Positions 1 through 13,140 of a stretch of 64,000 bases of DNA are shown in pieces (the stretch's first letter is position 1; every line of letters starts with the position of its first letter). The stretch lies in contig OZ024741.1 in the NCBI GenBank assembly GCA_964016885.1, forward strand, positions 167,772,001-167,836,000. The letters run 5' to 3'. The stretch is from Eledone cirrhosa (Eukaryota). The notes beneath the pieces are model-generated. The model ran no database searches. It was given only the letters and a program-made list of their open reading frames with translations, and was not told the origin of the DNA. The position numbers and the translations under genes are program-made.

Positions 1-41
1 ATATATGTATATATATATATATGTATATATATGTATGTATA

Positions 42-130
<89 letters not shown>

Positions 131-360
131 GTATATATATGTATATATATATGTATATATATGTATATATATATGTATATATATGTATATATATATGTAT
201 ATATATGTATATATATGTATATATATATGTATATATATGTATATATATGTATGTATATATATATATGTATATATATGTATGTATATATATGTGTATATAT
301 ATGTATATATATATATATGTATATATATATATGTATGTATATATATGTATATATATATGT

Positions 361-396
<36 letters not shown>

Positions 397-925
397 GTAT
401 GTATATATATGTATATATATATGTATATATGTATATATATGTATATGTATATATATGTATATATGTATATATATGTATATGTATATATGTATATATATGT
501 ATATATATATATGTATATATATGTATATATATGTATATATATATATATGTATATATATGTATATATATGTATATATATATGTATATATATATGTATATAT
601 ATATGTATATATATATGTATATATATGTATATATATATGTATATATATATATGTATATATATATGTATATATATATATGTATATATATGTATGTATATAT
701 ATATATGTATATATATATATGTATATATATATATGTATATATATATGTATATATATATATGTATATATATGTATATATATATATGTATATATATATATGT
801 ATATATATGTATATATATATATGTATATATATATATGTATATATATGTATATATATATATGTATATATATATATGTATATATATATATGTATATATATAT
901 GTATATATATATATGTATATATATG

Positions 926-956
<31 letters not shown>

Positions 957-1447
957 GTATATATATATGTATATATATGTATATATATATGTATATATAT
1001 GTATATGTATATATATGTATATATATATGTATATATATGTATATATATGTATATATATATGTATATATATATGTATATATATGTATATATATGTATATAT
1101 ATATGTATATATATGTATGTATATGTATGTATATATGTATATGTATATGTATGTATATATGTATATGTATGTATGTATATGTATATGTATATGTATATAT
1201 TTATGTATGTATATATTTATGTATATGTATATATTTATGTATGTATATATTTATGTATATGTATATATTTATGTATGTATATATATGCATGTGTATGTAT
1301 ATGTATGCATATATATGTATGTGTATGTATATGTATGCATGTATATGTATGAGTATGTATATGTATGCATGTATATGTATGAGTATGTATATGTATGAGT
1401 ATGTATATGTATGTGTATATATATGTATGTATGTATGCATATGTATG

Positions 1448-1486
<39 letters not shown>

Positions 1487-1495
1487 GTATGCATG
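1..1495. repeat. Long degenerate (TA)n/(TATATG)n microsatellite
   Basis: Almost entirely TA dinucleotides punctuated by TG; produces the spurious YIYIYM ORFs. Confidence 0.98.
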
Positions 1496-1608
1496 ATTAA
1501 CATGTTTTTCATCCTCTTCACTTGAATGTCTGAATTATAAATATGAAATAAACAAGATAAACTCTGATTCATGTATTTCTTATGCTGATGTTGTCTTTCA
1601 TATCTAAG

Positions 1609-1946
<338 letters not shown>

Positions 1947-2033
1947 AATAACTCTGGAAAATATCTTTGTAGAGTGCTTCCAATCTACTATAAAACTCAT
2001 TCTTTGATGTACTCATTAAATCTTGTTTAACTC

Positions 2034-2073
<40 letters not shown>

Positions 2074-2077
<4 letters not shown>

Positions 2078-2742
2078 ATTTAAATGGATACAGTTTAGTT
2101 AAAAGGAATTTATTGACACGTGTTTCAATAACAGTTACATAACCCGAAAACAGCTGCTATCTACAAAGTATTAGTTATGCAGACATTCAATATTTCGATG
2201 TTATTATCAACTGTCATTTCATCAGAATAATTTTACTGAGGACCTGTTTGGTTTTTATAGAGAATATTAGGAGGGAGGGGTGAAGTTGTTAGAAGAATAG
2301 TTGAGGGAGTGGTTTTTTGATAGCAGTGAGAATTTTTGGTGGCAGTGAGTAATTAGATTCCCATCTGTTGTTATAGAATATATTATTGGTTATTTTTCTA
2401 AATCTATAGAAGGATTAGAGATAGTATAGATATGCATGGTTGGTTTTGTGTTTGCACTTAATTAACATTCAGACTTAAATTTTTCTTTCAAGTGTACATA
2501 TCCTTTCGCCCACGCATTCACACAAACATATATGCACACCTCTACAAAATACATATACTCACATACACATACTTACATGCTCATACTTACATACATATAC
2601 ACATGCACATATATATATATACATATATATACATATATATACATGTACATACATACGCATTCATGTGTATACATTTTCATACTCAACTTATCTTTATATA
2701 CACACGTATAGACACACACATATATACATACATACTCCAGTC

Positions 2743-2776
<34 letters not shown>

Positions 2777-4604
2777 TAAACACTTTAATACATGAATATA
2801 CTTACATCTAACTATACACATCAAACATATATATATTTACTTATTTATATACATTTTCACATATATATACATACATATGGTCGCTTTTAGACACATTCAT
2901 TATAGCATATTCGCACCTATTCTCATCAGCATATCTATCCATTATTAGTGTGGTAATTTAAGGTTATTAATATACATATATATGTTGAGAAGAGATTGTT
3001 TTTATATTTTTCTAACTAGATTGAGGTTTATATAGTTGGGGGGATGTCCCTCTTTTATGTAATATTCAGCTTGTAGTGGGAAAAAAGGGTTTTAGATCGG
3101 TGACGGCAGAATAATGTTCGTTCAATTCTGTTATTCAGCAGTTTCTTCTTGTGTGTGATTATGTAATAAATCTCAAGATTACACAATTTGCAGAAATTTT
3201 GGCTCCTGGAAAAGCTTTGGGTTTTAGCTAATTTCTCCCATTTTAGGGTAAATTTTTGATCGCTATCCCTGAGCGTCCAAGCTTTTTCTGCTAAAGTTGT
3301 TACATTTCTTTGGCTCTGGTGTTTTATTGAGTAAGAATGCCTATATAATCGAGATTTAAACGCTGTTGCCGTTGATCCCACGTAATACCACTCGTTGCCT
3401 CCGGATTTAATGGTACACTTATAAATGATATTTTTTTCCAGGCAGTTATTGCCGAGGGGGCAGTTGTCAGGATAGGTGCAGTTACAGTTGTGTACGTTGG
3501 GTTTTCTCTGGAGTAGTATTGCGGACGTACTTAGGTGTGGTTTATTTATGTTCTGTAGTGTATTGTCTACTGTTTTTTTTGTGTTCTTTGTACTTAAGTT
3601 TTTAGTGTTTTCATTTAACCTTCTAGTATTGATATTTTTTATGTGTTGTTCAAGGTTTAACGCTGTAGAGTATGACAGTCTTATAGTGGTAGGGTTTAGG
3701 ATTTTGTGGTATTTGTGTGATGTAGGAAAATGTCTCTTAATTATTTTAAAGAAGAGTACTGGTAAATTTGTACTAATGGAACTATTGTATTCAGGGTTAT
3801 ACCATAAGTACTCTTTGCATCGCTTTCTATTAGTTTTGTTTGTTGGTTTACTGGTGTGTATACTATGGTAGTAAGTGTGGTTTGGTGTTGTGTTATTATA
3901 TCTAGCTATGTGGGATTTATTTTGGGTGTTTTGATTGTTCTCATCTATATACTCTATTTTGTTGAGGTAGCCTGCTTTACTAAGGGCGTTATCGTAGTAC
4001 TCGGCGTGTTCCTTAAATACTTGTATGTTAGAAGATAGACCCGAAATTCTAAGGGAAATATTTTTAGGGATAGATTTAATTATAGAGATGGGGTGGTTAG
4101 ACCCAACATTTACGTACTTGAGATTTTCATTCAATTTATGAAACGGTTTAATCAGACCAGAGTTTAAATTGAGTGTGACATCCAGGAAGTTAACTACTTT
4201 AAGGTTGTATTCATGTTATAGTTAGTCCTATTTCGAGTAGTAGTTTTCTTATATCTTTGCGTAGTTTTTCTAGTTTTTGGTTATTTAGGTTTTTAACTAG
4301 GAGGAGAACATCGTTGCGGTATATTCCACCGTGGAGATTGCTGAATTTTTCCTGGAGTCTAAAGGCGATAAAGAACCCCACAATATCAGTTATTTCCGCC
4401 GAATCGTTAGAGCCCATTGTTATGTCAAAGTTAGAGGGTCTATCTTTACGAACCCAATAACTGTTCTCAAATTTGACTATAGTTTTCCTAGCTTCTAATA
4501 TAATCTTAATTTCATCGTTTGTAAGGTCAGAGTTATCCTTAGCAAACTTAATGGCTCTATTCAAAGTTTCAGGTGATATCGATTATTTAACACTATGGAA
4601 AATA

Positions 4605-4605
<1 letters not shown>
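2074..4605 (-). mobile_element. 5'-truncated Penelope-like element, Naiad-type (RT C-terminus + GIY-YIG), with long 3' UTR
   Basis: RT motifs FDITMGSNDSAEITDIVG and NFLDVTL, thumb SNHP, CxCx5C linker, C-terminal GIY-YIG. Degenerate hammerhead cores (2190-2225, 2114-2165) and AATAAA near 2110 on the minus strand. Confidence 0.85.
3055..4580 (-). pseudogene. PLE RT/GIY-YIG endonuclease ORF remnant
   Basis: ORF 4211-4564 (GGIYRNDVL, catalytic YRDD degenerate) is joined by a frameshift at ~4212 to EYNLKVVNFLDVTL and ORF 3055-4134 (CNCTYPDNCPLGNNCL, IIYKC..YYVGST, FCKLCNLE). Confidence 0.88.
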
Positions 4606-4638
<33 letters not shown>

Positions 4639-4818
4639 GAGGTCCCTATCAATCCACTGCAAAGTGGTCGTGGAGGTGCCACAGCAAAAAAGCACCCAGC
4701 ACTCACTGTAAATGAGGTTGGTGTTAGGAAGGGCATCCAGCTGTAGAAATCAAGCCAGAATCAGTTCCTGTCCCACCCTTGCAAGCAGGGAAAAGCGGAC
4801 GTAAAATGATGATGATGA

Positions 4819-4857
<39 letters not shown>

Positions 4858-5233
4858 TATATATATGTATGTATAGAACCCTACCTCCCTTTTCTTATAT
4901 ATATATAGTCTGTATGTTTTTGTATGCTTATGTAAGAGAGTGTGTACACACTCTCATATGGAAATATGTTCTTAGAAAATGTAGTAATCCCAAATGTAAA
5001 AACATATCTGTATATGTCAATAGGGGTATTTTACCCAATTTTCTAAGTTATTATTTATAGCAAATGACTGTGGTTACAATTGTTTTATTTTTTGTGTTTA
5101 GGATTCTCATGTCTTCTAAGAATTTCAAAACCACCCAATACTCAGATAGCTTATGTAAATGTTGGATCTCTCTGTCTCTCTCACACATATACACACACAC
5201 TCTCTCTGAAGAGATGTCAACATGAATGGACCT

Positions 5234-5426
5234 GTTATTTTTATCTAGAAACATTTTTTCCAATTCCATCCCACCCGTCCCCTCAATCTATCTTATTTTT
5301 CACTCTTTCTTCTGATGAAGGACTAACGTCCGAAATGTTAAGACTCTCTTCCTGCATATCAAGTGTTAACCTAATATATCCCTATACTGTACCGATTGTG
5401 TTGTTATTTCTGTTTACCTTTTACAT
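5234..5426 (+). mobile_element. Solo 3' end (pLTR) of the Neptune-type PLE with hammerhead motif at 5308-5343
   Basis: Aligns with reverse complement of ~11924-12119; CTGATGA-AGGACTAACGTCC-GAAATGTT. Confidence 0.8.
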
Positions 5427-6134
5427 ATATATATAGAGAGAGAAAGAGAGAGAATTTGTATATGTATATATACAAACACACACGTGTGTATGTGAGTATG
5501 TGTGCATTTATGAGTTTATATATAAATGTTTGTGGTTGTGTCATACTCTTTCCTATGCATATTTCCCATTAACACTGGTTTGATCCTAGTTGCTGTATAC
5601 CCCTCCCTAACTTGTACGAAATTTGAATGATTTCGGGGGCAGCACTTATAATTTTTCTACACACAAGCGTCAATGAAATAATCAGCAGTACCCCTTACTT
5701 TAGCAAGGACAGAAGCAACCTAAACCAATATGGTTGAGAATAGGCATGCAGCAGTTTTAATGAGAAAAACAATTTAACTTAATAACAAATCTTATATTTT
5801 GATAATCCAACACAGAGAAAGCAAGCTTGAAATCAAAATAAATTAGTCAAGGAATTTAATTTCTTTGAATTACTAACTTTGCACAAGTTCCCCCATTGTA
5901 GTTTCTCTATCTAAAAGATTTGGTTATTTATAGCTAAATTCAAAATTACCTGCCCTTGAAGGACTCTTGGTGTAGTTTCTAAAAAACTCAAATCAACCTG
6001 TGGAGGTAACCATTTTTATTTTATATATCAGGGTGAGTGAGTATAACCCAACAAAACTTAAAAACTTGTATATGTTACTGTTGTAACTAATTATATATAT
6101 ATATATATATATGTGTGTGTTTGTATATACATGT

Positions 6135-6880
6135 ATATCATCATCACCGTTTAACGTTTATTTTTCTCTGCTATCATTGTGAGACAAGTCAGATCAGGTG
6201 ACTGTCTTGCTCATATAGAACTGGTTCTGGCTTGGTTTCTACAGCTGGATTCGTTTCCTAACATCAACCACATTTATAGTGTGCACTGGGTGCTTTTTGT
6301 TGTGACACCTACATGACCACTTTACAGTGTGGGCTGGGACATTTTTGTCATTACACTTACATAACCACTTTACAGTGTGTACTGGGTGGTTTTTGTTGTG
6401 ACACCTACATGACCACTTTACCGTGTGGGCTGGGTCCTTTTTGTCATTACACCTACATGACCACTTTACAGTGTGGACTGAGGACTTGGGTTGAGGAGGG
6501 GATTGAGGAGGTAGATCTATGGATGGGTGAGGGGTGGGGTGTTAGGGTGTGTGTGGGGGTGTTTGTATGTGGGAGGTGAAAGTGCATATGAGATGTATGC
6601 TTCAACCCGTACATGGGGGAAGGCAGTTTTCCTGTATTATTGCACAACACCAGAGATCTGTCCTGCGTCATCACCTTTGAGTGGTACAATTGTGCAAGGT
6701 TAGCTTTTAGCACCACATTCCATGTCTACCTGGGTCTTTCTACTCCATAGCTTCCATCAACTTTGAGTGCTCTTCACCTTTTTATACAGATGTCATCCTT
6801 CATATGCATCACATGTCCATACCACCACAATCTTCTCTCATGCACACTGCGTCTGATCCTTCTTATGTCCAGTTTCTCGG
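6135..6880 (-). mobile_element. Degenerate RTE LINE 3' end with internally amplified ~49-bp UTR subrepeats
   Basis: (CAT)n tail at 6135; tandem ACCACTTTACAGTGTG units 6294-6480; reverse complement of 6780-6880 encodes RLWWYGHVMHMKDD, as in the RTE at 50700. Confidence 0.7.
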
Positions 6881-7864
6881 TATATATATCACAATAGTCT
6901 GCTGCATCATTTCCCTATATATATATATATGTTTCTATGTTTGAATTTTCTGTTTGTTTATATTGTGTAACTTTGCATCTTCTTCCTGAGAGTGGGTGAA
7001 GAAGAAGGAGAATAAGTGGAAGAGAACGATGAAAAGAACAAAAAGAATATATACGCATGTATATGTATATATTTATGAATATACATATATATATATACAC
7101 ACAAGGTATGCATATCAGACAATAAAGAACTCAATACATAAAATTTAGAGTAACATTTTTATTTCAGTTCCATTGCGTACTCTGTGTATCCAATGTAATC
7201 AAATGGCTAAATGAACATATACTTCCTATAGTATTCTGAAGAATAAAATCAAAATAGAATTGATATTATATTACAAAGTTGCAAAGCTGTAATGAACATT
7301 GATCTGTAAATGTTATGACATCTAGCTGTTTCATAGATGGATAATATCTGTCAGAGGTCAAAGCACTGATCTTAAAATGTGTGAAGTAATGAATGCTACA
7401 AACCCAAGTTTTCTTAACACAACTTTACAGATTTACTCCTTATTAACCCTATTTATTGATGTAGAAGCATAGTGTAGCAGTTATGATGCCGGATTCATGA
7501 TCATAAGGTTATGGGTTTTATTTCTAGACTGGGCAGTGCCTTATGTGCTTGACCAAGACACTCCATTTCATGCTGCTTTTCTTGATATAACTAGGTCCCC
7601 TATCATTTTAACACACAAGAAACCTCCTATAGGATGCAACATTGTATGAAGCCATCTAAATATGCATAGGTTCAAGTTGTAACAACATGGTAGGACTGGG
7701 GTTCTTATCAAAACCCAAGAAACTTCCTACGAGATGCAACCTTGTAAGAAGCTAACTAAAGAGAGCTTGTTTGAGATGCAACCTCATAAGAGGCCAGCTA
7801 AACATATATAGGTGTGAGCTGTAATTTCATTCATATCTATCTCCAAAATGTTTATGTGGTTCAG

Positions 7865-8452
7865 TATAAGCAAGATATGGCATAGCCAACTGGCCAGACT
7901 TGCCTCATAAGTGGTACCATCCAGTCCCACACTGTAAGTGTGGTTGGTGTTAGGAAGGACATCCAACAGCTGTAAAATCCCATCCAAAATACAGGTTCAG
8001 CTATGAGCGAGGTTCAACATAGCCAACTGGTTAGACCTTCCTTATAATGAGTTCACCCAGCTGCCAAATATGGTTCCGGTATGAACAGGGTACGGTGCAG
8101 TTAACTGACCAGACCCTTCTCATAATGGGACCACTCGGCTCCTCAGGGAAAACATGGTTGGTGTTAGGAAAGACATCCAGCTATAAAACCCCAGCTAAAA
8201 TACAGTTCTCTTTGAGCAAGGTACGGCACGGATAACTATCCAGACCCTCTTCACAACAGGGCAACCCAGTTCCACATTGTAAATATGGTTGGTGTTAGGA
8301 AGGGCATCCAGCTGTAAAAAAACCCCAGCAAAAATACAGTTTCATTTCAGCAAGATACGGTGTGGTCAACTGGCCAAACATGCCTCATAATGTGAAATGC
8401 CTGTCTAACCCACGCAAGTGTGGAAAAATAAGACATTAAACGGCGGTGATAT
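7865..8452 (+). repeat. Tandem array of RTE/SINE 3'-UTR-derived units
   Basis: Repeated TGGTTGGTGTTAGGAAGGGCATCCAGCTGTAAAA and CAACTGGCCAGAC blocks, ending in an RTE-type tail; similar array at 35385-35962. Confidence 0.7.
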
Positions 8453-8457
8453 TTAGT

Positions 8458-8792
8458 CATCATCATCATCATGATTTTATATCCACTTTTCCATGCTTGC
8501 AAGGGTGGGACGGGAACTGATTCTGGCTTGATTTCTACAGCTGGATGCCCTTCCTAACACCAACCTCATTTACAGTGAGTGCTGGGTGGTTTTTGCCGTG
8601 GCACCTACACGACCACTTTTCAATGGAATGATAGGGACCCCAGTCCCTATCATCTCATTTCCACAGCTGAGTAAACTGGAGCAATGTGAAATAAAGTGTC
8701 TTGCTCAAGGAAACAACACATCAGCCGGTCTGAGAATTGAACTCACAACCTTTCGATTGCAAGGCCCACTAACCACTAAGCCATGTGCCTCC
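8458..8792 (-). mobile_element. tRNA-derived SINE family A (RTE-type tail)
   Basis: Head GGAGGCACATGGCTTAGTGG (A box), GAGTTCAATTC (B box), CCTTGAGCAAGACAC core, (GAT)n tail; tail shared with the RTE 3' UTR at 50940-51248. Confidence 0.85.
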
Positions 8793-9236
8793 ATTAGTAT
8801 ATATATATATATATATATAGGAAAGATTACTATTACCCACTCTACTACCCTAAGTATTGAGTACTTTGGTGCGTTATGGTCCACCTGGTTCCTTACCACA
8901 TTTCCTTCGTTATATATATATATATATATATAAGTTGAAATAAAATGAAAACGAAATTTCATTTCTCACTCTTAGTACGGCACTTACTTAAATGTAAGTA
9001 TGTGTGTATACGTACATACATATATGTATACAGACGTACAGTAGCATGCATATATATATATATATATATATACATATATACATACAGGTACACATACATA
9101 TATGCACGTATCAGTTTAGCGGACGCTTATTATAACGCCGCTTTGTTCGTTTGTAAACAAACTGAACAGCCTGAATTTTTATGCCGTACGGTGTTAAGGC
9201 AACCACGTCACCTTTTTGTTCAACACTGACACAGGA

Positions 9237-9279
9237 ACGATGTACTAGTTTCAAGTTTGTTAGCTATCATCAGCACCGT
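9237..9279 (-). ncRNA. Minimal hammerhead ribozyme motif (H2)
   Basis: Reverse complement ACGGTG-CTGATGA-TAGCTAACAAACTT-GAAA-CTAGTA-CATCGT. Confidence 0.75.
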
Positions 9280-9515
9280 ATACCCATCTGCCAGATAGTT
9301 GAACGTTCGAAAGTATATACTTTCCTTATGAAAATTAACGGCTGAGCAGCCTAATTTGCATATCGAGTGAGCTAAGTCGGTCAGGCATACCGAAAACGAT
9401 AAGTTGAAATAAAATGAAAACGAAATTTCATTTCTCACTCTTAGTACGGCACTTACTTAAATGTAAGTATGTGTGTATACGTACATACATATATGTATAC
9501 AGACGTACAGTAGCA

Positions 9516-9553
<38 letters not shown>

Positions 9554-9612
9554 TATAGATTCATAAGGAAAGTATATACTTTCGAACGTTCAACTATCTG
9601 GCAGATGGGTAA

Positions 9613-9655
9613 ACGGTGCTGATGATAGCTAACAAGCTTGAAACTAGTACATCGT
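9613..9655 (+). ncRNA. Minimal hammerhead ribozyme motif (H2)
   Basis: ACGGTG-CTGATGA-TAGCT AAC AAGCTT-GAAA-CTAGTA-CATCGT: stem I ACGGTG/CATCGT, palindromic ACTAGT in place of stem III, GUA triplet. Confidence 0.8.
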
Positions 9656-9807
9656 TCCTGTGTCAGTGGTGAACAAAAAGGTGACGTGGTTGCCTTAACA
9701 CCGTACGGCATAAAAATTCAGGCTGTTCAGTTTGTTTACAAACGAACAAAGAGGCGTTATAATAAGCGTCCGCTAAACTGATACGTGCATATATGTATGT
9801 GTACCTG

Positions 9808-9849
<42 letters not shown>

Positions 9850-9897
9850 TGCTACTGTACGTCTGTATACATATATGTATGTACGTATACACACATA

Positions 9898-9958
<61 letters not shown>

Positions 9959-9997
9959 AAAGTATTGTAGTTTGCTTGAAGCATTGTGGAATAAGAA

Positions 9998-10553
9998 ATT
10001 CAAATATAACTAGGAAATAAGTTTAATTATTTGGAAGCCCAACAATATGTGTAAGATTATAAGTGGCAAGGTTATAAGAATTACAGAAAATAGGACAAAA
10101 GAACGAACATATATCACATACATTAAACTTTAATGTTTTTTTCCTTCATTCAAATTAAATCTGCATTCTTCACTACACATACACACTTACACCCATGCAC
10201 ACATGTACATATATAATACACATATTCACACACGTTTTTCCCTACACACTTATACATTAAACTTTAATGTTTTTTTTTTATTCATTCAAGTTAAATCGAC
10301 CAGCCATCAACAATTCTTCTCAGATTGCTCTCTGACACCCCTCTCCCACTTACAACGCCTTCTCTGGTAATGGATGGTAAATTTAATAGTATTTGGATCC
10401 ATTGAAATTGCTAAGGTAAAATTCTACTGTTCTCACTCTTTTCTCAGTTCTTTTGTCCTATTTTCTCTAATTCTTATTATCGTGGCACTTATAATCTAAC
10501 ATGCAATGTCAGGATTCCAAATAGTTAAACTTATTTCCTAGTTATATTTGAAT
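9998..10553. repeat. Fold-back element with ~105-bp imperfect inverted arms
   Basis: ATTCAAATATAACTAGGAAATAAGTTTAA...GGACAAAAGAAC (9998-10104) versus its reverse complement at 10447-10553. Confidence 0.75.
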
Positions 10554-10915
10554 ATATATATATATATAATTTGTAGGATAATGGGAAAAAATCAGTGCAA
10601 GGAAGCTATTAAAACTACAAAATGCCGTCAATGATGGCGTCAGGTAAAATTTACCTCAAAGGATAGAAATCAGGAGCTGGATCTGTGTTGACTTGCTGAA
10701 GTGATAGGAAGAAAGGAGAAAAGGAATAAAATGGACGAGAGGAGATCATACTAACATTTGAATACACTCATCAGCTTTTAGACTGCCTCTGGTTTCAACG
10801 ATTTATCTAAAAGTAAGATAGGTGTGTGATAGATGTGTGTGGAGGCAGGCATTCTTGAGTGGTTAAGAAACTTGCTATGGAATCTTGTGGACACAAGTTC
10901 TTTCCCACTGTGGGA

Positions 10916-11007
<92 letters not shown>

Positions 11008-11013
<6 letters not shown>

Positions 11014-11896
11014 GCGGACGATATTTGTTCGCAATTTTCAACTGCTAATTTTATGCAAATTTTTTTACTTCTGCTGTCACTCTTGTCTTCATAAAACAGT
11101 GACTATATTTCCATTATTTATTTTCAGAATAATTGATTATGAATAATTTTGAACCTCCAAATTTGTAGAAGAGGCACGGAGTTCTTCTTGGAATCCGCGC
11201 CGGGAGGACAAATAAGACCAGAAGATCAACTCCCAGAACAACAGGTGGCTCGCTGTCTCATCCAAAGACGTGCCCAGAGACATGCAGACAACATTTCCAG
11301 CAACAACATTGGTCTTAGGTGTCGTCAGCAGTAAAGGTGACGTCATGCCACCTCACTTCTTCCCTGAGGTCCTCAAGCTGAACACCGATGGCTACATCCG
11401 CGTTCTGAACAAGGTAGTAAAGCCCTGGATCGACCAGGTAGCTGCAGGCAGGTCGTACGTGTGGCAGCAAGACTCAGCACCCTGCCATACCAGCTGAAAG
11501 ACTCAAGCCTGGCTGTCAGAGAACTTCATCGACCACACTTCACCTGACATCTGGTCTCCCAGCTCGCCTGACTGCAACCCCCTCGACTTCTTTGTGTGGG
11601 GTGCAGTGGAACGAGATACCAATAGATCTAGCTGCAATACGAAAGACGATCTGAAGGCCAGGATCACAAGTGCCTTTAGGGGCCTAAGTTGGGGGACAGT
11701 GACGAAGGCCTGTAGCCGGTTCCGAGGCCGCCTTGAGGCCGTCATCAAAGCCAATGGCGGGTTTATCGAGTGAGATCGAAAGAACAAGTCATGAAGACAA
11801 ACTGACCCAAGTTTGATAAATATATCTTAAAAAATAAACTACTGTGTTATTTTTTCCTAGACAGTAATATTGCGAACAGATATCGTCCACACCCTG
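11008..11896 (+). mobile_element. Internally deleted Tc1/mariner transposon, maT (DD37D) family, copy 1
   Basis: TIRs (C)AGGGTGCGGACGATATTTGTTCGCAA in (TA)n; WQQDSAPCH...SPDCNPLD with 37 residues between the two Asp; stop codons present. Confidence 0.92.
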
Positions 11897-11928
<32 letters not shown>

Positions 11929-12008
11929 AAAGGTAAACAGAAATAACACAATCGGTACAGTATATGGAAGGGATATATTAGGTTAACACTTGTTATAGCA
12001 GGAAGAGG

Positions 12009-12045
12009 TTCCTAACGTTTCGGACGCTAGTCCTTCATCAGAAGA
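12009..12045 (-). ncRNA. Minimal hammerhead ribozyme motif in PLE pLTR
   Basis: TTCTT-CTGATGA-AGGAC TAGC GTCC-GAAACGTT-AGGAA on the minus strand. Confidence 0.75.
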
Positions 12046-12449
12046 AAGAATGAGAAATAAGATAGATTGAGGGGACAAGCAGGATGGAATCGGAAAAAAT
12101 GTCTTTAGATAAAAATAACTGAAATGGAAAAAAAACTGTTTTGTAAAAAGAGCTATACTTGTGCATGTGCGTAAGCATGTGTTTGTTTGTGTGTGTGTGT
12201 ATGTTATTATACGTCCGTACGAAGCTAAGAAAAAAGTGTGTGCATATGTGAGTAAAAGAGTGTGTGTGCATGTAAGTACGAAGCTATGAGCAAAAGTATG
12301 TTAATATAAGGGTGAGTATGTGTGTATACAGAGCAGTGAAGGGAAAAGTGGAATGAGCATATATAGTCGGCATGTATTAGTTGTAAGAGAAGCTGCTAAT
12401 GATCAAGAGAAAGCGATAGGAATCTAGGGGTGTGATAATGGACGGAGTA

Positions 12450-13140
12450 TTAGAGAAATTGGGGAGGTAAGTTGAGTCCACGAGGGGAATAGGACCCAAG
12501 ACGGTGAATCAGACTTTGTTCAGTCCTGGTGCGCGAGGCCTGTGATCCATAATGTAAAAGGACACCCAGGACTGAAACATGTACGGAAGAATGACCAGGA
12601 GAACAGAAATGACGGCTGACAGGAGTATCCAAACCGAGTTGTATGTCCCTCAAATGTTCAGCAAATTGGTCCGCCATATGGCGTCCCGTTTGTCCGATAT
12701 ATAAAGACCCGCAAAGGGAACACCAGAGGGCATAGACAACATGGGTGGATGTGCAGGTGAAGGAATGGCGGATACGGAAAGACCCGTTAGGGCCTGTAAG
12801 AGTGGTGAGGGTGGAAATAAAGGGACAAGTGTTGCAGCGGGAACGGGAACAAGGATAAGAGCCAGGTGGAGTCGTGGGAGAGAATGAAAAGGAATTGCAA
12901 ACCCAGACGTTGCGGCCGCACTTAAAAGCAGTAATGGGTGGGTTTGCAAAAAAGCGAGAAGTGATGGGGTCAGAAGAGAGGATACGGAAGGAACGGAAGA
13001 TATGTCGCCGGAGTGGTAGGGTGTTGGGGTGGTAGGTGAGAGGGAAAGGAAGGTGGGTGTTGGGAGGGCGGGGGTGAGGGGAGAGGGCTGTGGTGCGGTC
13101 TATTTCACAGGCGCGGGTGAGAGCAGCTTGGATCAAGGTG
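12450..13140 (-). pseudogene. GIY-YIG endonuclease domain of PLE
   Basis: VVY..YIGQT motif with Cys-rich linker; upstream thumb region frameshifted at the poly-G near 13145. Confidence 0.88.

Larger units (their letters stand above)
8819..9900. mobile_element. Non-coding hammerhead-bearing element (family H2): 469-bp unit, partial tandem copy, then inversion
   Basis: TAAGTTGAAATAAAATG occurs at 8931 and 9400 (period 469). ~8993-9332 is inverted relative to ~9560-9900. Second locus at 57861-58623. Confidence 0.8.

Noticed and set aside
5-1525. Three overlapping 440-506 aa YIYIYM ORFs, and similar ORFs elsewhere
   Set aside because: They are translations of TA/TG microsatellite that lacks stop codons in all frames.
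4211-4213. Selenocysteine UGA in the Naiad element
   Set aside because: Read-through hits TAA within four codons; homology continues in another frame, so this copy has a frameshift. No SECIS was recognised by eye.
5950-5997. Possible 48-nt minus-strand exon (VDLSFLETTPRVLQGQ)
   Set aside because: AG/GT boundaries exist, but there is no polypyrimidine tract or recognisable homology.
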